A stretch of 64,000 nt of DNA from Dimorphilus gyrociliatus (GCA_904063045.1 CAJFCJ010000113.1:23126-87125); one strand, 5' to 3'; counted from the first letter of the stretch, positions 12,390 through 26,317 are shown. The notes: generated by a model from the letters alone, not told the origin. Numbers and translations: made by a program.

Positions 12390-12600
12390 ACTAGTTATAA
12401 TTCAATTTGCTTCCAAAAAAGATAAGGACTATGTCTAGTGGACTTTGTAACATCCTATTACTAAATATAAACATGAACTAGAGCATTCACCAACTGCAAA
12501 CCAATGATTGGATATCATCAACTCACCAAAGAGTATATAAGCTCCTGTATTTTCATTCCAAACATCTATCTCTATCACAATCTCTAACTCTTGCTTTTAG
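12390..12600 (+). mobile_element. Gypsy family A LTR fragment
   Basis: TAGTGGACTTTGTAACATCCTATTACTAAATATAAACATGAACTAG matches ~55580-55640 and the reverse complement of ~1990-2030. Confidence 0.75.
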
Positions 12601-12829
12601 GGTTTGGGTTTACTTGAATTTAAAAAAGTTGATTACTACTATGAAAAGATTTTTGGAACTATACTATATAATATTTATAAAAATCTACTAGAGGGCGCTT
12701 TTTGGTTTCTTATACATTCTTATGTATAAAAAGGTTACACATTTAAAATGCTATCCTAAAAACTTGCCTCTCTTTCCCATATGTGTTTTATCACACTTGA
12801 ATGGTATCTATGATAATTTTACTGTCTGA

Positions 12830-12985
12830 AAATGGCTGGGAAAAGCCAAGTTTAGAATGTCAAATTGTACAAGATGCAGATAGATTAGATGCCATTGGAG
12901 CTATTGGTATTGCTATTGAATGTTTGCTTGTGGAGGACATCGTAATCATCTTATCTATCATCCGGATATACAACCTGTTCAATAT
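12830..12985 (+). pseudogene. HD-domain metal-dependent phosphohydrolase fragment (YedJ/YpgQ-like)
   Basis: LECQIVQDADRLDAIGAIGIA, then after a frameshift FACGGHRNHLIYHPDIQP. This resembles the family motif VQDADRLDAxGAIGIARxFxxGG...YxPxIxP (from memory). Confidence 0.7.
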
Positions 12986-13599
12986 ACTTTCAATTCATCC
13001 AAAATGTTGAAAAAAAGTTAATTTAAGTTAAGCCCTTACCAACCCCCAACTGAAGTTAAAATTGTGAATTAATTGTCAGATTGTAGCAAAAGATTGTCCT
13101 AAGATCAAGCAACCAAATTGCCTAACAAAGAGGTAATAAGACCTCGAAATATGGAGAGACAGTCATAGTGCAGTCAACCTCCTAGCAATTCTACTGGGAA
13201 AATTGACTTCCTAGTGAAAAGAGACAAGAGGAGTATCTGCTCCTAGAATCATACAGTAAAGATCTTAGAGTGAGAACAAAACTTTCTGGGGTAGTGCTCA
13301 TTGAGTGTGTAACTCGGGATTTTTACCTAACCCTTACCCAACATACAAATATGGCAGACCCCAATACAAACCATCTAATAGGGTCATCAGATCTTATTTG
13401 TTGAATTGCAAAAACATTTTTCAAAAATGAATAAAAACAAAAGTGAAAAATTTTTTAACCTTTCTGATTAATTTTTTATAGGTCAGATTTTTTAAGAATT
13501 CTCCTCCAGTAAACAATGGATTCAGGGATAACAATCATCTTTTAAAGTATCATCTAACTGTTTGCCTTCATATATCTTTACATAAAAAGTAAACTGTAA

Positions 13600-13790
13600 A
13601 AGATATTGATTTCAGTTATTAAAGTCTAAATGATATTCAATCAAAGAAACTTGGAAATATGCTTAAAAATTGTTCCAAAATTGAAACTAAAAATTTATGC
13701 TTAAATACACAAATGGAAAGTGGATTTGTTGACATTTTGCAATGGATTAGTTTAAGTCATCAAACACATTGAAAGAGATCTTACTGAATT
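13600..13790 (+). pseudogene. RI-type LRR remnant
   Basis: DIDFSY*SLNDIQSKKLGNMLKNCSKIETKNLCLNTQMESGFVDI..NGL..SSNTLKEI matches the repeat consensus of the 27105 ORF, with stops and frameshift. Confidence 0.7.
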
Positions 13791-14084
13791 GGTAAATGAG
13801 CGAGGAAGAAGACCCATTTTGGAAATTAGTAGATATTTCCATGGAAACTGCCAAATAGACAATTTAGTTAATGGAGGCTAATTAAAATAATTAAGCTTAT
13901 AAAAAAAAATATATTAACAACATTTAGTTTATTAGAATCTAAGATTTTTACAAAGAATACAATGAGAAATGAATTCTTACTCTTTCCAGAAATGAGAGAG
14001 ATGGGTTAAAACTTTAAAAATATTGCCAAATACCAAATTTTTGATGTTTACTTACTTTTATTTACAGTTAGTTAGGCTTAAGTT

Positions 14085-14440
14085 TTAGGATGATGATGAT
14101 AATGATAATGATGAATGCCTGAAATTTTTACAAAAAAAAAACTTTGCCAAATTTTCACAAAATGTCTTTTGAAATAGAAAATATATAAAAAAATTTGTAG
14201 AATTATTAACAAGATATATGTGAAAGAGTATAATATTTGAAGGCAAATTATCAGCAATTGAAAATGAAGCTGGAAACCAACTGAGTAGATATATTGTTGT
14301 AACACCAAATAGCATACTTACAGTTCTAATATTCTTACCAAGCGTTTTAGAATCTTTTAAAATGTTTCCATTGTTGCTGATCTGGTTTTTTCTTAATTTT
14401 AAACTTCTTAGAAGGATAACTATAAATTAGACCATAAATT
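14085..14440 (-). pseudogene. Rhodopsin-class GPCR TM5-TM7 fragment
   Basis: IYGLIY (shifted frame), then RTVSMLFGVTTIYLLSWFP (TM6 WxP) and NNSTNFFIYFLFQKTF (NPxxY variant plus helix 8). Confidence 0.7.
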
Positions 14441-14535
14441 GAATATAAAAAAATGGCTGCTCCTATATATAATACAAGCCAGATAGTTTTGTACATTATT
14501 CACAATTCCACGTTGGTAAAAGCAATTTTTTACAG

Positions 14536-14650
14536 ATGTGACAGAAAATGTCCCCAAATTCATGGTTTAACCCTAACCCTAACCTAGCCCTTGTCTCTCT
14601 CTAACCTTTTTGATTACCCCTAACCCTTAGATGGAACCCCCCTAACTACA
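14536..14650 (+). mobile_element. Partial MITE with telomere-like motif
   Basis: GATGTGACAGAAAATGTCCCCAAAT terminus followed by TAACCCTAACCCTAACC. Same layout as 26318 and ~33845. Confidence 0.6.
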
Positions 14651-15029
14651 AATCAAAAGCTATCTTTTAAACAAAGTGAAATGTCAATGTTATTTATTTC
14701 AAAGCTCTTTCAATTGTCATCTCCACCACCACATGCTTTAAGTAAGCACGTAAAAACAAACATCCTCTCTCCTTCTCTCCCTCCCTCTCTCTTTCTGTCT
14801 GTGATTTTTGAATGTTAAATTTTGGTTTGAAAAATTTTTAGCAAAAATATACTTGGTTGATTTTGATGAAATTTGAAGTAGAATCATTGTCAGAAGATGT
14901 TTACAAGCTTTATTAAAAAATAAATAAGAAGAGATATCAGATGATTGTTTAAAATTGCAAACTAAAATTTATTAAAAAAAAGGTTGAAAAACTACAAAAG
15001 TTGAAATTCACAAAAGCGATTTTGCAACA

Positions 15030-15404
15030 ATGAATCTTGGGATTGATTATTGGGTTACTATTGACCTTTTGGCTTACTATAATGTTTTTATTGTAGATTT
15101 GAAACCTTCGTTAACTTCTGAGGGAACCAATCAAAATATTTTGATTGAATTAGCCAATGAAAATCCAGCTCTAGTTAAAAATTCTGCAAATTTCAATTAT
15201 TGTGGCGAAAAGACTTAATTAATTCAGACGCATCATTATTATTCAATTGTCTGTAATAAAGGGGGTGTCAAAGGTCAATTTGTTGTTTTTCGAAGTAATT
15301 TCAATCCTTTTCAAAAAGTTGAAATTATTGAAATTGAAGTAATTGGAAGATATTTGAGAAATTCGGATTTACTACTAAATTGGAAAGTGAGCAATTACTT
15401 TTGA
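15030..15404 (+). pseudogene. F-type lectin / discoidin-like domain with in-frame stop
   Basis: YWVTIDLLAYYNVFIVDL...FNYCGEKT*LIQTHHYYSIVCNKGGVKGQFVVFRSN..VEIIEIEVIG reads in one frame across TAA 15216-15218. Confidence 0.6.
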
Positions 15405-16832
15405 AAGCTATTGATGGTTTAGCACTGAAAGATAATACAGAAAATGGTTTTTTCTCATGTAGTGGAATTAGTATAAATGATGATATGAGGAGAATTACAT
15501 TTACTATGGATAGTTTCATATTGTGAACAGTTACTCTCTTCTTCAATAATTCAATGCTTGTATATATTTTTTCGAATATTGGAGATTTCACACAGTTCAT
15601 CCAATAAATTCCTTGTTCATGAAACTTTTGGGCATGTGTTGTCCTTAATTTGTTGACTCATGATCACTTTTCTTGGTCAATCTAGATGAAATCTTCAACA
15701 AACCAACTATATTACTATCTTTTAAACATTTAATAACAATATTTTTTTTTATTTCTAGATATTTCAAACATTTATCATGATGCTGCTATTCAAGTTGCAG
15801 TTGAAATATTAGATATATACTTACAAAGGCAAATTTGCTCTTTAAAAAACAAAGCAACACTTGAATATTTATTCTATAATTATCAATTTATTGGAGATAG
15901 AATATCATTTTGTATAATTAATGGGATAAAAAAAGTATTGAAAATTTCTTATTCTGATGATAGAAAACAATGTAAATTTGGCATATTTCCAATTTTACTA
16001 AATTTTGAAAATTATTTAACACTTATAGACTCAAAGAAATTCATCAATCTTTATAAGAGAAATATGAATATTTCAAAACTTTGTAAAGATATATTTTAAA
16101 TTCAAACAATAACATTCTTGAAAATCTTCTTCATTCAGTTCAATGCTGTCGTTTTTCATCAATGAAATACATTGAATAAATAAATATCTATATGAACATA
16201 CCTATGAGCAACTTAGGAGTTGAGTCTTAAATATAAAATTTTCTTTCTTGGTCATGACAAAGGTGAGGGCTATGAGGAAGCAGGATGTTCTTTTGTCATT
16301 TGTTACTTGTCAGTAACTTAATTGGGCCTAAACACAATTTGTAGGTAAATAGCACCCTACAGATAGGAAATTAAACAAAAATTGTAAGTCTTTTATTGGA
16401 ATTGAGGAGTAGATTCATTCCCACTTCTGGTACTTCCGGATTTATAAACTAAAAAGTATTTTTACAAATTTATGAATATTTTTTCTAATTTTTAAACTAT
16501 ACGTTACATTGACAAATTGTGTTTTCACCATGTTCTTTAAACACGCCTCTATGACAACTACAACATTGTAATGCATTTGCAGCAGCATGAACAAATTTAC
16601 ATACATGGTGAATTATTCTAGTTTGTGAATAAAATGAATATATTCATGTTGTAGTAGCTTTTCTTCTGATTTTAACATTGAATGTATACCTGGAAAGACT
16701 TTGTCCTTTCTGGGCCGCTTTTAGTAAAATTTGTTATCAGATAAAATCTCCACTCTATGACATATACAAGGAGAGATGTTAACATATACTCAGTACTAGC
16801 TTGAATATTCAGAGACTTTGAAAAGAGAATGA

Positions 16833-19800
16833 ATGTTGTTAATTGTAATAATATGTATGTCTTTATCCTTTTCAGGTTAGTAAATAGTATATTTTTTTCT
16901 GAGAGATGCATATTTAAAATGTATATTTTAGCATTGAATTTGCCTTATTTTTTTTCAGCTAAATTTCTTTCATTCCCTGAAAGTAAAGTTGCTAAACTGG
17001 GAAGTCATCAACCTTTTCTTATAGTTTAACTGGTAGATATATATGTTTAGAAATGTTTTGCAGTATTTTTATAATCAATTTACTTTTTAGAAAAGAAGGG
17101 TATTACACTTAAGAGAGATGACAACACTATTATTTACAAAACTCCTAATTTTCATCCAAGCCTTAAGGGTAGATGGAAAGTTACTCCAGCTGAAGAGAGT
17201 TCATCTTACACTTTTGAAATTATTGATGTAGATAAAGTAAGGTTTCTTTCCATACAAAATAGAAATTATTTTAAAAGAAAATCTAATTTAATACAATAAC
17301 AACAGAATGATAGTGGAACCGTTGAAGCAATTGTTGAGAGTGGGAATAAAATTGACAATACGACTACTTATGGCACCTTTAATGCTATATACATTTTTTG
17401 TATTTGAAAATGAAATATGACTAACTTAGTGTATATTTTTAAAATTCAAGATTCCAAACCAATAATTGAAAAATTTCCAAATGATTTACAAAAAGATGGT
17501 GAAACCCACTGCACAATATTTGTCAATGGATGGATTATGATGGTATACATAGTGTGACAAGAATTTGTAGGCATCAAGGTAAGTTGGTTACTGATAAAAT
17601 GAAAGAATAAAGATGATAGATAATGGAAATAAAAAAAATTTTTCTTTCTTTACAGGACTTAATTCCACTGCTTATCTACTTCAGAAAAAGAACAATCTGA
17701 AAATGTATGTAAAAAATCTTTTATAATTATACTCTAGATTTTAAATCAAACAAATTCTACAGATATAAAGTTAAATATTTAGAAAATAGAAAAAATCTTA
17801 TTTGTTTAAAATGTTACAAAACTACTAAACCATGTAAATTTTTCAATTTTGATGATCTATCTCTTTCCTCAAATTAATATTTCTTGTATAAAATACAGTT
17901 ATGTTTGCTGGTGTGCAATCATATAGACATCGAGTTGACACTGCAAAACAACAATTAGTTTATTTGAGAAAAAAAAGAAAGCATTTAAATTATATCTAGG
18001 GACAGAAGAACTAAAATATAACTGGTGCCCCAAATTACAATTCTATTATACTAAGCAAATTGATGATAATAAAGATTATTTTGCTGTTATTTTCAATAAT
18101 TATACTACTGGTATTAAAAGAAGAAATAAAATAGATCAATTTGTTTTCAATAATTATACAGATTTTACATGCAGTGTTACAGAGATGAAGGGTAATAAAC
18201 TCACAGAAATAGAAATATACTTTAAAATAGTGATAGTTTCATGTATTTTTCTGTTTAATTGCATAGATTTTATAATAGAAAGAACACCAGATTATATGAA
18301 AAATACATTCTTTAAGAACATTATAAGTTCTAGTAAAACATTAGTAATAAATTCAAAAACATTGGGTATTACACCATTATTGGTTGATTATAATCGGTAT
18401 TGGGAAAGTTATGAGTTCTTATGGTTATTGGAAAAAATCAGATTACAATCCTTGTTAAGTAGCTTTAGAAATGCATTTGCAATGTTCAAATATAAGTTTA
18501 TGTTACCAGGAAGTATGGATATAATTCTTGGCCCAATTTTTTTATATATTTGGTTATTTTTACAAATATTTTCATTAATAGGAATGAAATTGATAAAAGA
18601 CAGAAGAAATAGCACAATGACTGTGCATTTAAGTAATAAACCCTATGATTTTACATCATTTATGAATAATTATTACAAGTATATAATTAGCAAATTTCTT
18701 TTTGACCATTCAAGTTATATAATACAATTTTTAAGTTATATGGACGTATATCAGGCATTTTGTCAACTAGATCAAAAAGTGAATTTACCTTCAAAGTTAT
18801 CCCTTTGTTTTATATAGAAAGATTCAATTACATTACAATCATTTAATACATATGACCTTCAAAGAATCTCTAAAACAAAGCGTATAACCTCTAAACTATA
18901 TGAAACTGAATCAGCAGAATGCCAAACTGTTCAAATTTCAATAATTTCATGTATAGATTTAGCAAGTAAATGATTTCATATACTGAGAAAAGTGTTGTAG
19001 TATGCTGTACAGAAGTAACTATACAGGACATATGCTTAGGTATGCTTAGATATTTTGTTTAAAAATTAAGAGAGATTTTCTATTTCAATTTCGGGCCCAT
19101 CTAAAAAATATTAATTAGATAAGAAAATATTTTATCTATGATCCTTTTATAAAAAAATCAACACTGCAATGGAGAAATAAACTGCTATGAAATTTGCACA
19201 AATACTGCTGATAAATGTAAAATTTTTTTTTAGTTTTTTATCTGCATTTAAGTTATTGTACAGATTGCAGTAATACAAATTTATTTTTTTGTGACAACAA
19301 ATGTATTCCTATTGAAAAAGCATGTGATTTTCAAAAGGATTGTAATGATGTATCTGATGAAGATTTAGAATATTGCATGAGAAAGATACCTGCTCTATTC
19401 ACAGATGAATTATGTAATGAGATTAATGGTTTAGAAACTCTTAAATATAATTGTCACCTAAAATATGATTCAATGGGTAATCTACTGACAAAAGTTCATT
19501 ATCCATACCTTCAATTATATGATTGTCACGTACAAAAATGTAACAGAGGGGAATATCTCTGTAAGCCAAATACTTATTGTATTTCAATTAGACAAGTTTG
19601 TGATGGTATTCTCCATTGTCCTGAATATGATGATGAAAGCCATTGTGATAATTGATAACTTATCTTCATATTGCAAGATCTAATTCTGATACTTATTAAT
19701 TGTGGAATAAAAAAACAGAACTTTTTAAACCAAAAGGATATTTTGAATGTAGAAATGAGAAATATTATATTGACCTTTCAGAATTATGCAATGGAATTGT

Positions 19801-20810
19801 AGATTGTGTTCAAGGAAATGATGAACTATACTGCAATTGTTCTAATGACTGTCCAAAAAATTGTGTTTGTCAGTCATTCTATTCTTTAAATTGTAACTTC
19901 AAGTACACAGTTTCCAATTGGTTAAAAGAAAATGAAATATATTTTTGGAAGAATGTAAATATTTCAAGGTTCAAATTGAATTTTAAAAAGCTTTTTAAAC
20001 ATCAATATGTCTCTGTGACATATTTAACAATAACTTTAAGTAGAATAAATATCAATGAAATTGCAAATACTTTTCCCAATGTATTTTTTTTGAAAATTCA
20101 AAAAAATAACTTGATACATTTAAATAGATTATCAAGAAGTTCCCTTTCTAAAATTCAAATTATAAATCTCTTTGATAATGATATCATTTGGAAGATTTTT
20201 CATTTATAATTTTTCCAAATCTCAGAAAGTTTATTTTATCTAAAACTAATTTATCTAAAGTAACATTTAATCTTTTTAGAGAGTGTAGAAAATTTGAATA
20301 TCTTGACCTGAGCAAATGTCAAATTAAAAAGATTGAACACAACTCTTTTTTACATTTGGTATCATTAAAATCTTTTTTATTAGAAAAATCTTTTAACATG
20401 AAAAATGGTAAATTTTTTATTGAGCATTTGAGAATGTTAGTAAACTTGTCAAGTGAATATTTTGAATTATGTTGTTTTGCATGGATTTCCATGCATTCAA
20501 ATGAAATTAAAAATTGCCAGCCCAATAAATCATTGTTTAATTCATGTGCTGACTTGTTACAATCAAATTTAATACATGTAATTTTATGGATGATCAATGT
20601 GACATCATTTATTGGAAATGTTTCTTCATTAATATTTTACGATATATTTTCAAAAAAACAAAAAAATTTCCTTCTTTTGAGTCTGGTATGTGCAGATTTG
20701 AATATTTCGATATATTTCATTTCAATTGGAATAGTTGATGTAATGTTTTGAGGAGAATATGTGGAAAATGATTTTAATTGGAGAAATAGTTCAATATGTA
20801 TTTCAAGTTG
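16833..20810 (+). pseudogene. Second GRL101-like receptor (signal peptide, CUB-like exon, LDLa, LRR, TM1-2), disrupted and truncated
   Basis: Signal exon MLLIVIICMSLSFS|GT, CUB-like IYKTPNFHPSLKGRWKVTP (~17120-17235) and LDLa CDGILHCPEYDDESHC and CNGIVDCVQGNDE. LRRs and ELCCFAW hinge follow. There is a frameshift at ~20195, TGA at 20749 in VMF*GEYVENDFNWRNSSIC, and homology ends at ~20810. Confidence 0.8.
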
Positions 20811-21013
20811 TTATTTATCCAATGGTAAAAGTATTTAAATCTGACTCACTAATGAGTAGTATAATTTTCATGGGCATTTCCAGTGTTTTTCTGGATTTTT
20901 TCTGTCTCTTAGATTTAACTATCAGAATTAAATTTTGTTGAAGAAATAATTAAATTGACATTTAAAAGAAATTTGTTTTTTATTGTCCAAATGGTTACTA
21001 CTTCTAGAACATT

Positions 21014-23325
21014 TCACATTTCTATCTTGTCAATCTCTTTACATGTTAAAAGATAAGAAAGATATGAATTTTTTTCAGATTGTCTCTCAATGAGACACAT
21101 TCTACTGTCTTCTTTTCCATTATTGATTATCTTGAAAACAATATAGATAGATATCTTACTATTGAATTCAGTAATTTTCTTTAAAGTTATCATTATTTTT
21201 CTATTATTACTAAATATTTCCTTTCCCATTGTAAAGTTATATTCAAATGTTAAAGTATTTGTTAACAATTTTGAGCATGTACTCCAATCTTTATCATTTT
21301 TATTACATTTAGAAAGTAGGTCGAAATTTAATTTCCTTTTTCCTTTTGAATAAATAAAAAAAAAGCAAGAAAATGAAACAAGGAATTGAAAATTTTAAAA
21401 ATTTAAAATTACTTTTATTTAAGATTTGAACATAATGACTTGTTTCTATTAAATCATTTTTGAAGTGTTGTTTGAATAGTTGCCAATATATCTTTGCCAT
21501 AGGTTTCTCCTTTACCATAATTAATTTCATTGTCATTTATATCCAACCAAAATATACTCCATTCATTGCATTGAATTAATGATTGTGACAAACCAAATGT
21601 AACAATATCCACAAAAGGTTCACTAGTTTCTATTGAAGATTGAGTCTGACTATTTGTAGTTATTGTATCAATCTTCAATGTAATCTGTTCAGTTGTTTCA
21701 CTCTTAAAGGCAATTGTTAGTTATGAACAGCTATTGTTTCCCTCTTGTTTACCTTTAACCTTGAACTTAATGGATTGTAGATTGTACTTTCCATGGTATA
21801 TATCTTGTAGACTATAGAATGTATAATTTGTACCTTGAATCCAGAGTATATTCTCTTCAGTTTCTAAAATAAAGAGAAAAACATTAAGTGTAGAACACTT
21901 TTTTAAAAAAGAATGAATTTTAGAATAAAACTCTCTCTCTCTTTCTATATATACTTTTTGTACAAACTTTAAAATGATTGAATCCAACATCATTGTTTCC
22001 ATAAACATCTGCTATGGTAACTTTCAATGATGACTCAATTTTTAAATGCTTATAGGTTAAGCAATGATACATATTATCCTGAGCCAAATTATTCAATTCA
22101 TCAGCAAACCCTGAACTCCATAACAAACTCACAGCTTTTATTAAACTTTGAATTTGTCTTCTAAGAAAAAAGAATATAATGGATATGTTAATATTTTAAA
22201 AATAATTAATAAATTTCTATATATACTTGTTCTTATAGCAAATAATTTGTGGTACAGCTGGAAATGCAAATGTTATTTCTATATATTTGCCTACACATGA
22301 TGTCACAGGTGATTGATTTGCTCCACATTTTAGTATGAAATCAATAGGCATAAGTCTATTAAGAGCATTATCACATGGATAATTTTCTTTTGAAGTATTG
22401 CTTACACAAGTAGCTCCTAATGCAGAATCAGCAATATTTATAAATTCTTCTTCATTGTCATCTTTAGCACTGGAGACTATATAAAAAAATATTAAATGGT
22501 ACATAACTTAATTTTTTTTTCAATCACTATTGTAAAAAGTTTTACCCTGCTCATAGGCATACGCAAAAATTTCATTAAAACCAATGTTTGATAGTAGAGA
22601 ATAAGGAGGAACAGGTCTCAAACTTATACTGGATGCTTGTAATCCAATTTCTTCTAGTAGGAGACAATTTCCAACTGTATCAACTTGGTAAACTGGTTTA
22701 TAAGTAGAGTTGTTGAATGAAATTTCTACTGATTTTATTTTATGTTCATCCACTACAGTTCTTTGACTAAGACTAATTCCAATTAACTCGTAAACTTTTT
22801 TAAAATTTATTTTAATCCAATGTTCAGTACATGCTAAACCAGAACAATGTGCTGACCAATCACAAACATTTATCCATTGTGGTTCTAAGGCATTCTGACA
22901 TGTATAGTCTACTGTAGAAAGTGGTGGATGCACAGAACTGGCTTGACAAGTTGCTCCATTCTCCACAGATGCAACATTAATAATTCTTCTGTCTATTTTT
23001 TAAAATAGATACAAAAATTTATTTGTTTAACATTTGATATGAAAAAAAATACAGTACTAATTTGTAAAGTATAACAAACAGTTGCATTGAAAATCACAAC
23101 AAGAAAGGGAATAGCTTTCATCTTGAAAATCATGTAAGAATTTATAAACAGATTGCTCACTCTCTGAAAGATCTTGCACTTGGCAATTAGTTTTCCATTT
23201 ATAGTTGAAAATGCTTTGATAACAGTATTGACATATTTTTTTGACTTTTGTGATGAATAAGCAAAAAAACTTTTGGAAAAGAATTGTACAATGAAGAAGT
23301 AATTTCTAAAATATTTATGTGTCAA
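21014..23325 (-). CDS. Multi-exon secreted-type protein with galactose-binding/discoidin-like domains and a Methyltransf_FA-like domain (possibly damaged)
   Basis: ATCQASSVHP...CQNAL...HWIKINFKKVYELIGISLSQR...IGFNEIFAY and a paralogous ATCVSNTS..CDNAL..KYIEITF..VGFNHFKV repeat. CNEWSIFWLDINDNEINYGKGETYG resembles Methyltransf_FA. Confidence 0.55.
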
Positions 23326-24141
23326 TTAACACCAATTAATTTTTTTTATACAATTTTCAATTATTCTTTAGATTTTTAAGAATAGAAACATCTATAAATA
23401 ATTAGTACATACTAAAAGGTTTCTTTTTCCAAAGAATATTTTCAATATAACATTAAAAAACTTGTATTTATATATCTATTGAGAATTGTTAGAGATTTTG
23501 TATTGGTATGACTAGCTACCTGCTTACTCATTTCAAAGGAAAGATTTTGAATTATTTACAAGTTAAATCAATCCATAAAAACAATTACTTAGAGATAAAT
23601 TTGCAACACAGTTTCATTATCTGCAAATCAAGATTGAGATTCTAGGATTTTTCATTGAAATTCAGTTTTAGTAACTTGTTAATTTCAACTAAACTTTTCA
23701 AAATATCTTGAATGTCATATTTTACTTTTACACATATATAATGGCTCCATCTGTTTTAGTCAAATATTCAATTTTCTATATCAGTATTTCTTAATGAATA
23801 TTATACATATATACTATGATAGTTTAGTTTAATGGGGAAATTAGCTGAACTATAATGCATGAATAGCTTTTCTACCAGTTTTCAGAAGTTTGTCATTCAA
23901 AGAGACAAGAATTTATTAGATATAAGAAAAAAACCTAAACGCTATTACATAAATGATTGGAATCTTCCTACATTTTGGATAACAAAATTTTATTTATTAC
24001 ATTTGCTCTTGTTGATATGACCTGTTGACCTACTTTCACATAGCACAATAAGCACACAATGCACAGAAAACATTTCTGAAAAATGTACATACAGAGACTG
24101 AGTAACTTTAACACCACATTTTTTCTATTAAGGAAACCAAT

Positions 24142-25839
24142 CTAAAAATCATTTACTTCATAAATTTGTACTTTTGTGAAACATGGCAATTTCTCTTCAA
24201 TAACATTACGTAATTCCTCAATAATTGAGTCATGTGTGTTATTTAAGCATCTTGATAAATTCACATCAATGGAATCAAAATTATCAACATTAAAAGTTAG
24301 ACGAATGGCCTTCAATGATGGAAAACCTGGTATTGTTTCAATAATAAAATCCAGATGAGTTGCATTGTCAATATCTAATGGTCCAAGTTGAATTTGTGAA
24401 ATATGTTTTCTAGATATTTGCAATCCTTTAAAGATATCTTTAAATTGAGTTGTAAAACATCTATCACCAATTATAATTACTTTTTGTAATGATTTACATT
24501 CTCCAAGTAAAATAGTTAAATTCTCATTCTGTTCCCCATTTAAACAGTAATTTTGAAGATTGATACTTAAAAGAGAATGAGAAGATGATAATAATCCTTG
24601 GCACATTTTCTCAAATGCTTTAGAAATTTTCAAATTATAAATAAGTGAAAAATCTCTAAGTGAATTACATTGTTTGAGTAAATCAGCTAAAGAGTTTCCT
24701 TGTTTTTCATTCAACCCACAATAGAGAACATCAATATATTCAAGAGTTTTAGATGATAATTTCAATGCATTGCATATTATAAGAAAACCATCTCCACAGT
24801 TAATATTACCACTTAAATTTATTCCTTTCAATTGAGTACATTCAGCTAGTAAATCACTGAAATGATTGCATTGTTCTGAATCTAAATCACAGCTTGATAC
24901 ATCAATTGATAGCAGAGTTTTGGAAGATGATTTTAAACTACTGCATATTCTTTTAAAATTATCACCAAAGTTAAATATTCCACTAATATTAATTTTTTGC
25001 AGAAAAGTACACTCCTTGACAAAATCAGCAAAATGACTAAATAGATTCTTCAATCGACAACAGAAAGAGAAATTAATAGATACAAGATTATTGATTGATA
25101 ATTTGAATCTATTGCAAATCCTTTTAAAATCAATAGCTGAAAGATTATTATCACGATTGAAATTGCATTTTGATCTATTGTCAGAAAATTCATTGTTGAT
25201 TAGAGGTGATGATGATTTGAAATGATCAATTAATAGATAACTTTTAACATTTTTTGGAAGAGTGATCTCTCTTAATGAAAGACATTCCCTAACCAAACAA
25301 TTTAGGTAGACATTTTCATTTTCAACTATTGGAACAGAAATTCCATTAAAGTTAATATTTTGAAGAGATTGAGATGATACTTTCAATCCATTACATATCA
25401 TCTCAAATCCATCTGCTAATTTATTATTTCCTGACAAGAGGAATGTTTCCAGTGACCTACATTCTTTGAGTAAATCATATAAATGATAAGCTTGACTGTC
25501 ATCAATGCTACAATGGGAAAAATTAATTGTTAATAGACTAGCAGATGATGATTTTAAACTATTGCATAATATTTGAAATACTTCATCAGACATAGCATTG
25601 TTTGCCAATTGAATATTTTGCAGTTGAGTACAGTTTGAAAGTAAATTGCTTAAATAGCAAATTTGTTGACTATTTAAGCAACAAAATGAAAAATCAATTG
25701 ATAAAAGAGACATAGATGACAATTGTAATCCATTGCATATTTTCTTGAAATCTTCGCTAAATCGAGTGTTAAACCTGAAATTGATTTCTTTCAGTAAAAT
25801 GCATTCAGCAACGAAATCAGGTAATAAACTACAGGTCAT
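24142..25839 (-). CDS. Intronless RI-type LRR protein (5' part frameshifted; LRR homology continues to ~26000)
   Basis: 565-aa ORF of ~57-aa double repeats (LxxInfSxCxL...LxxCxxLxxInlSgN...FxxICxxLkxS). Upstream LLHECKLLKDVNISG is one frameshift away at ~25905. Confidence 0.8.
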   Translation of the reverse strand: MTCSLLPDFVAECILLKEINFRFNTRFSEDFKKICNGLQLSSMSLLSIDFSFCCLNSQQICYLSNLLSNCTQLQNIQLANNAMSDEVFQILCNSLKSSSASLLTINFSHCSIDDSQAYHLYDLLKECRSLETFLLSGNNKLADGFEMICNGLKVSSQSLQNINFNGISVPIVENENVYLNCLVRECLSLREITLPKNVKSYLLIDHFKSSSPLINNEFSDNRSKCNFNRDNNLSAIDFKRICNRFKLSINNLVSINFSFCCRLKNLFSHFADFVKECTFLQKINISGIFNFGDNFKRICSSLKSSSKTLLSIDVSSCDLDSEQCNHFSDLLAECTQLKGINLSGNINCGDGFLIICNALKLSSKTLEYIDVLYCGLNEKQGNSLADLLKQCNSLRDFSLIYNLKISKAFEKMCQGLLSSSHSLLSINLQNYCLNGEQNENLTILLGECKSLQKVIIIGDRCFTTQFKDIFKGLQISRKHISQIQLGPLDIDNATHLDFIIETIPGFPSLKAIRLTFNVDNFDSIDVNLSRCLNNTHDSIIEELRNVIEEKLPCFTKVQIYEVNDF

Positions 25840-26317
25840 TTCTGTTAATGAGCAAAAAGATAAATTTAATGAACAAAGATTTTTTGCAGATTGTTTTAGT
25901 CCTTTATATTTCCATAAACATTGTTTTACCTCCTGAACATTTACTTCCGCTTATATTGACATCTTTCAATAATTTACATTCATGAAGTAAATCAGTTTGT
26001 CTGTATTTATCTCTCCATTATAAAATTTATTCCTTAAAACAAATATTCTACATTGCAGATGCTGATAGCATTTCTTTTCAAAGTAACATACTTTACTTTC
26101 ACCATAACCATTTAAACTTTATGTTGAAGGGCATCTATTAGCTTGTAAAATGAGCAGTTGGCTTCCACTTTACCATCATTGTTTGTTCTAATCACCAATC
26201 CATACACAGATCATCTGGAAAGACACCATAGATCATTATTTATACAAGTATCTTCCAAGGAGGTAAAAAAAATTTACTTGAAAAACTACCTTGATGAAGT
26301 GGAAAACACAGATACTA

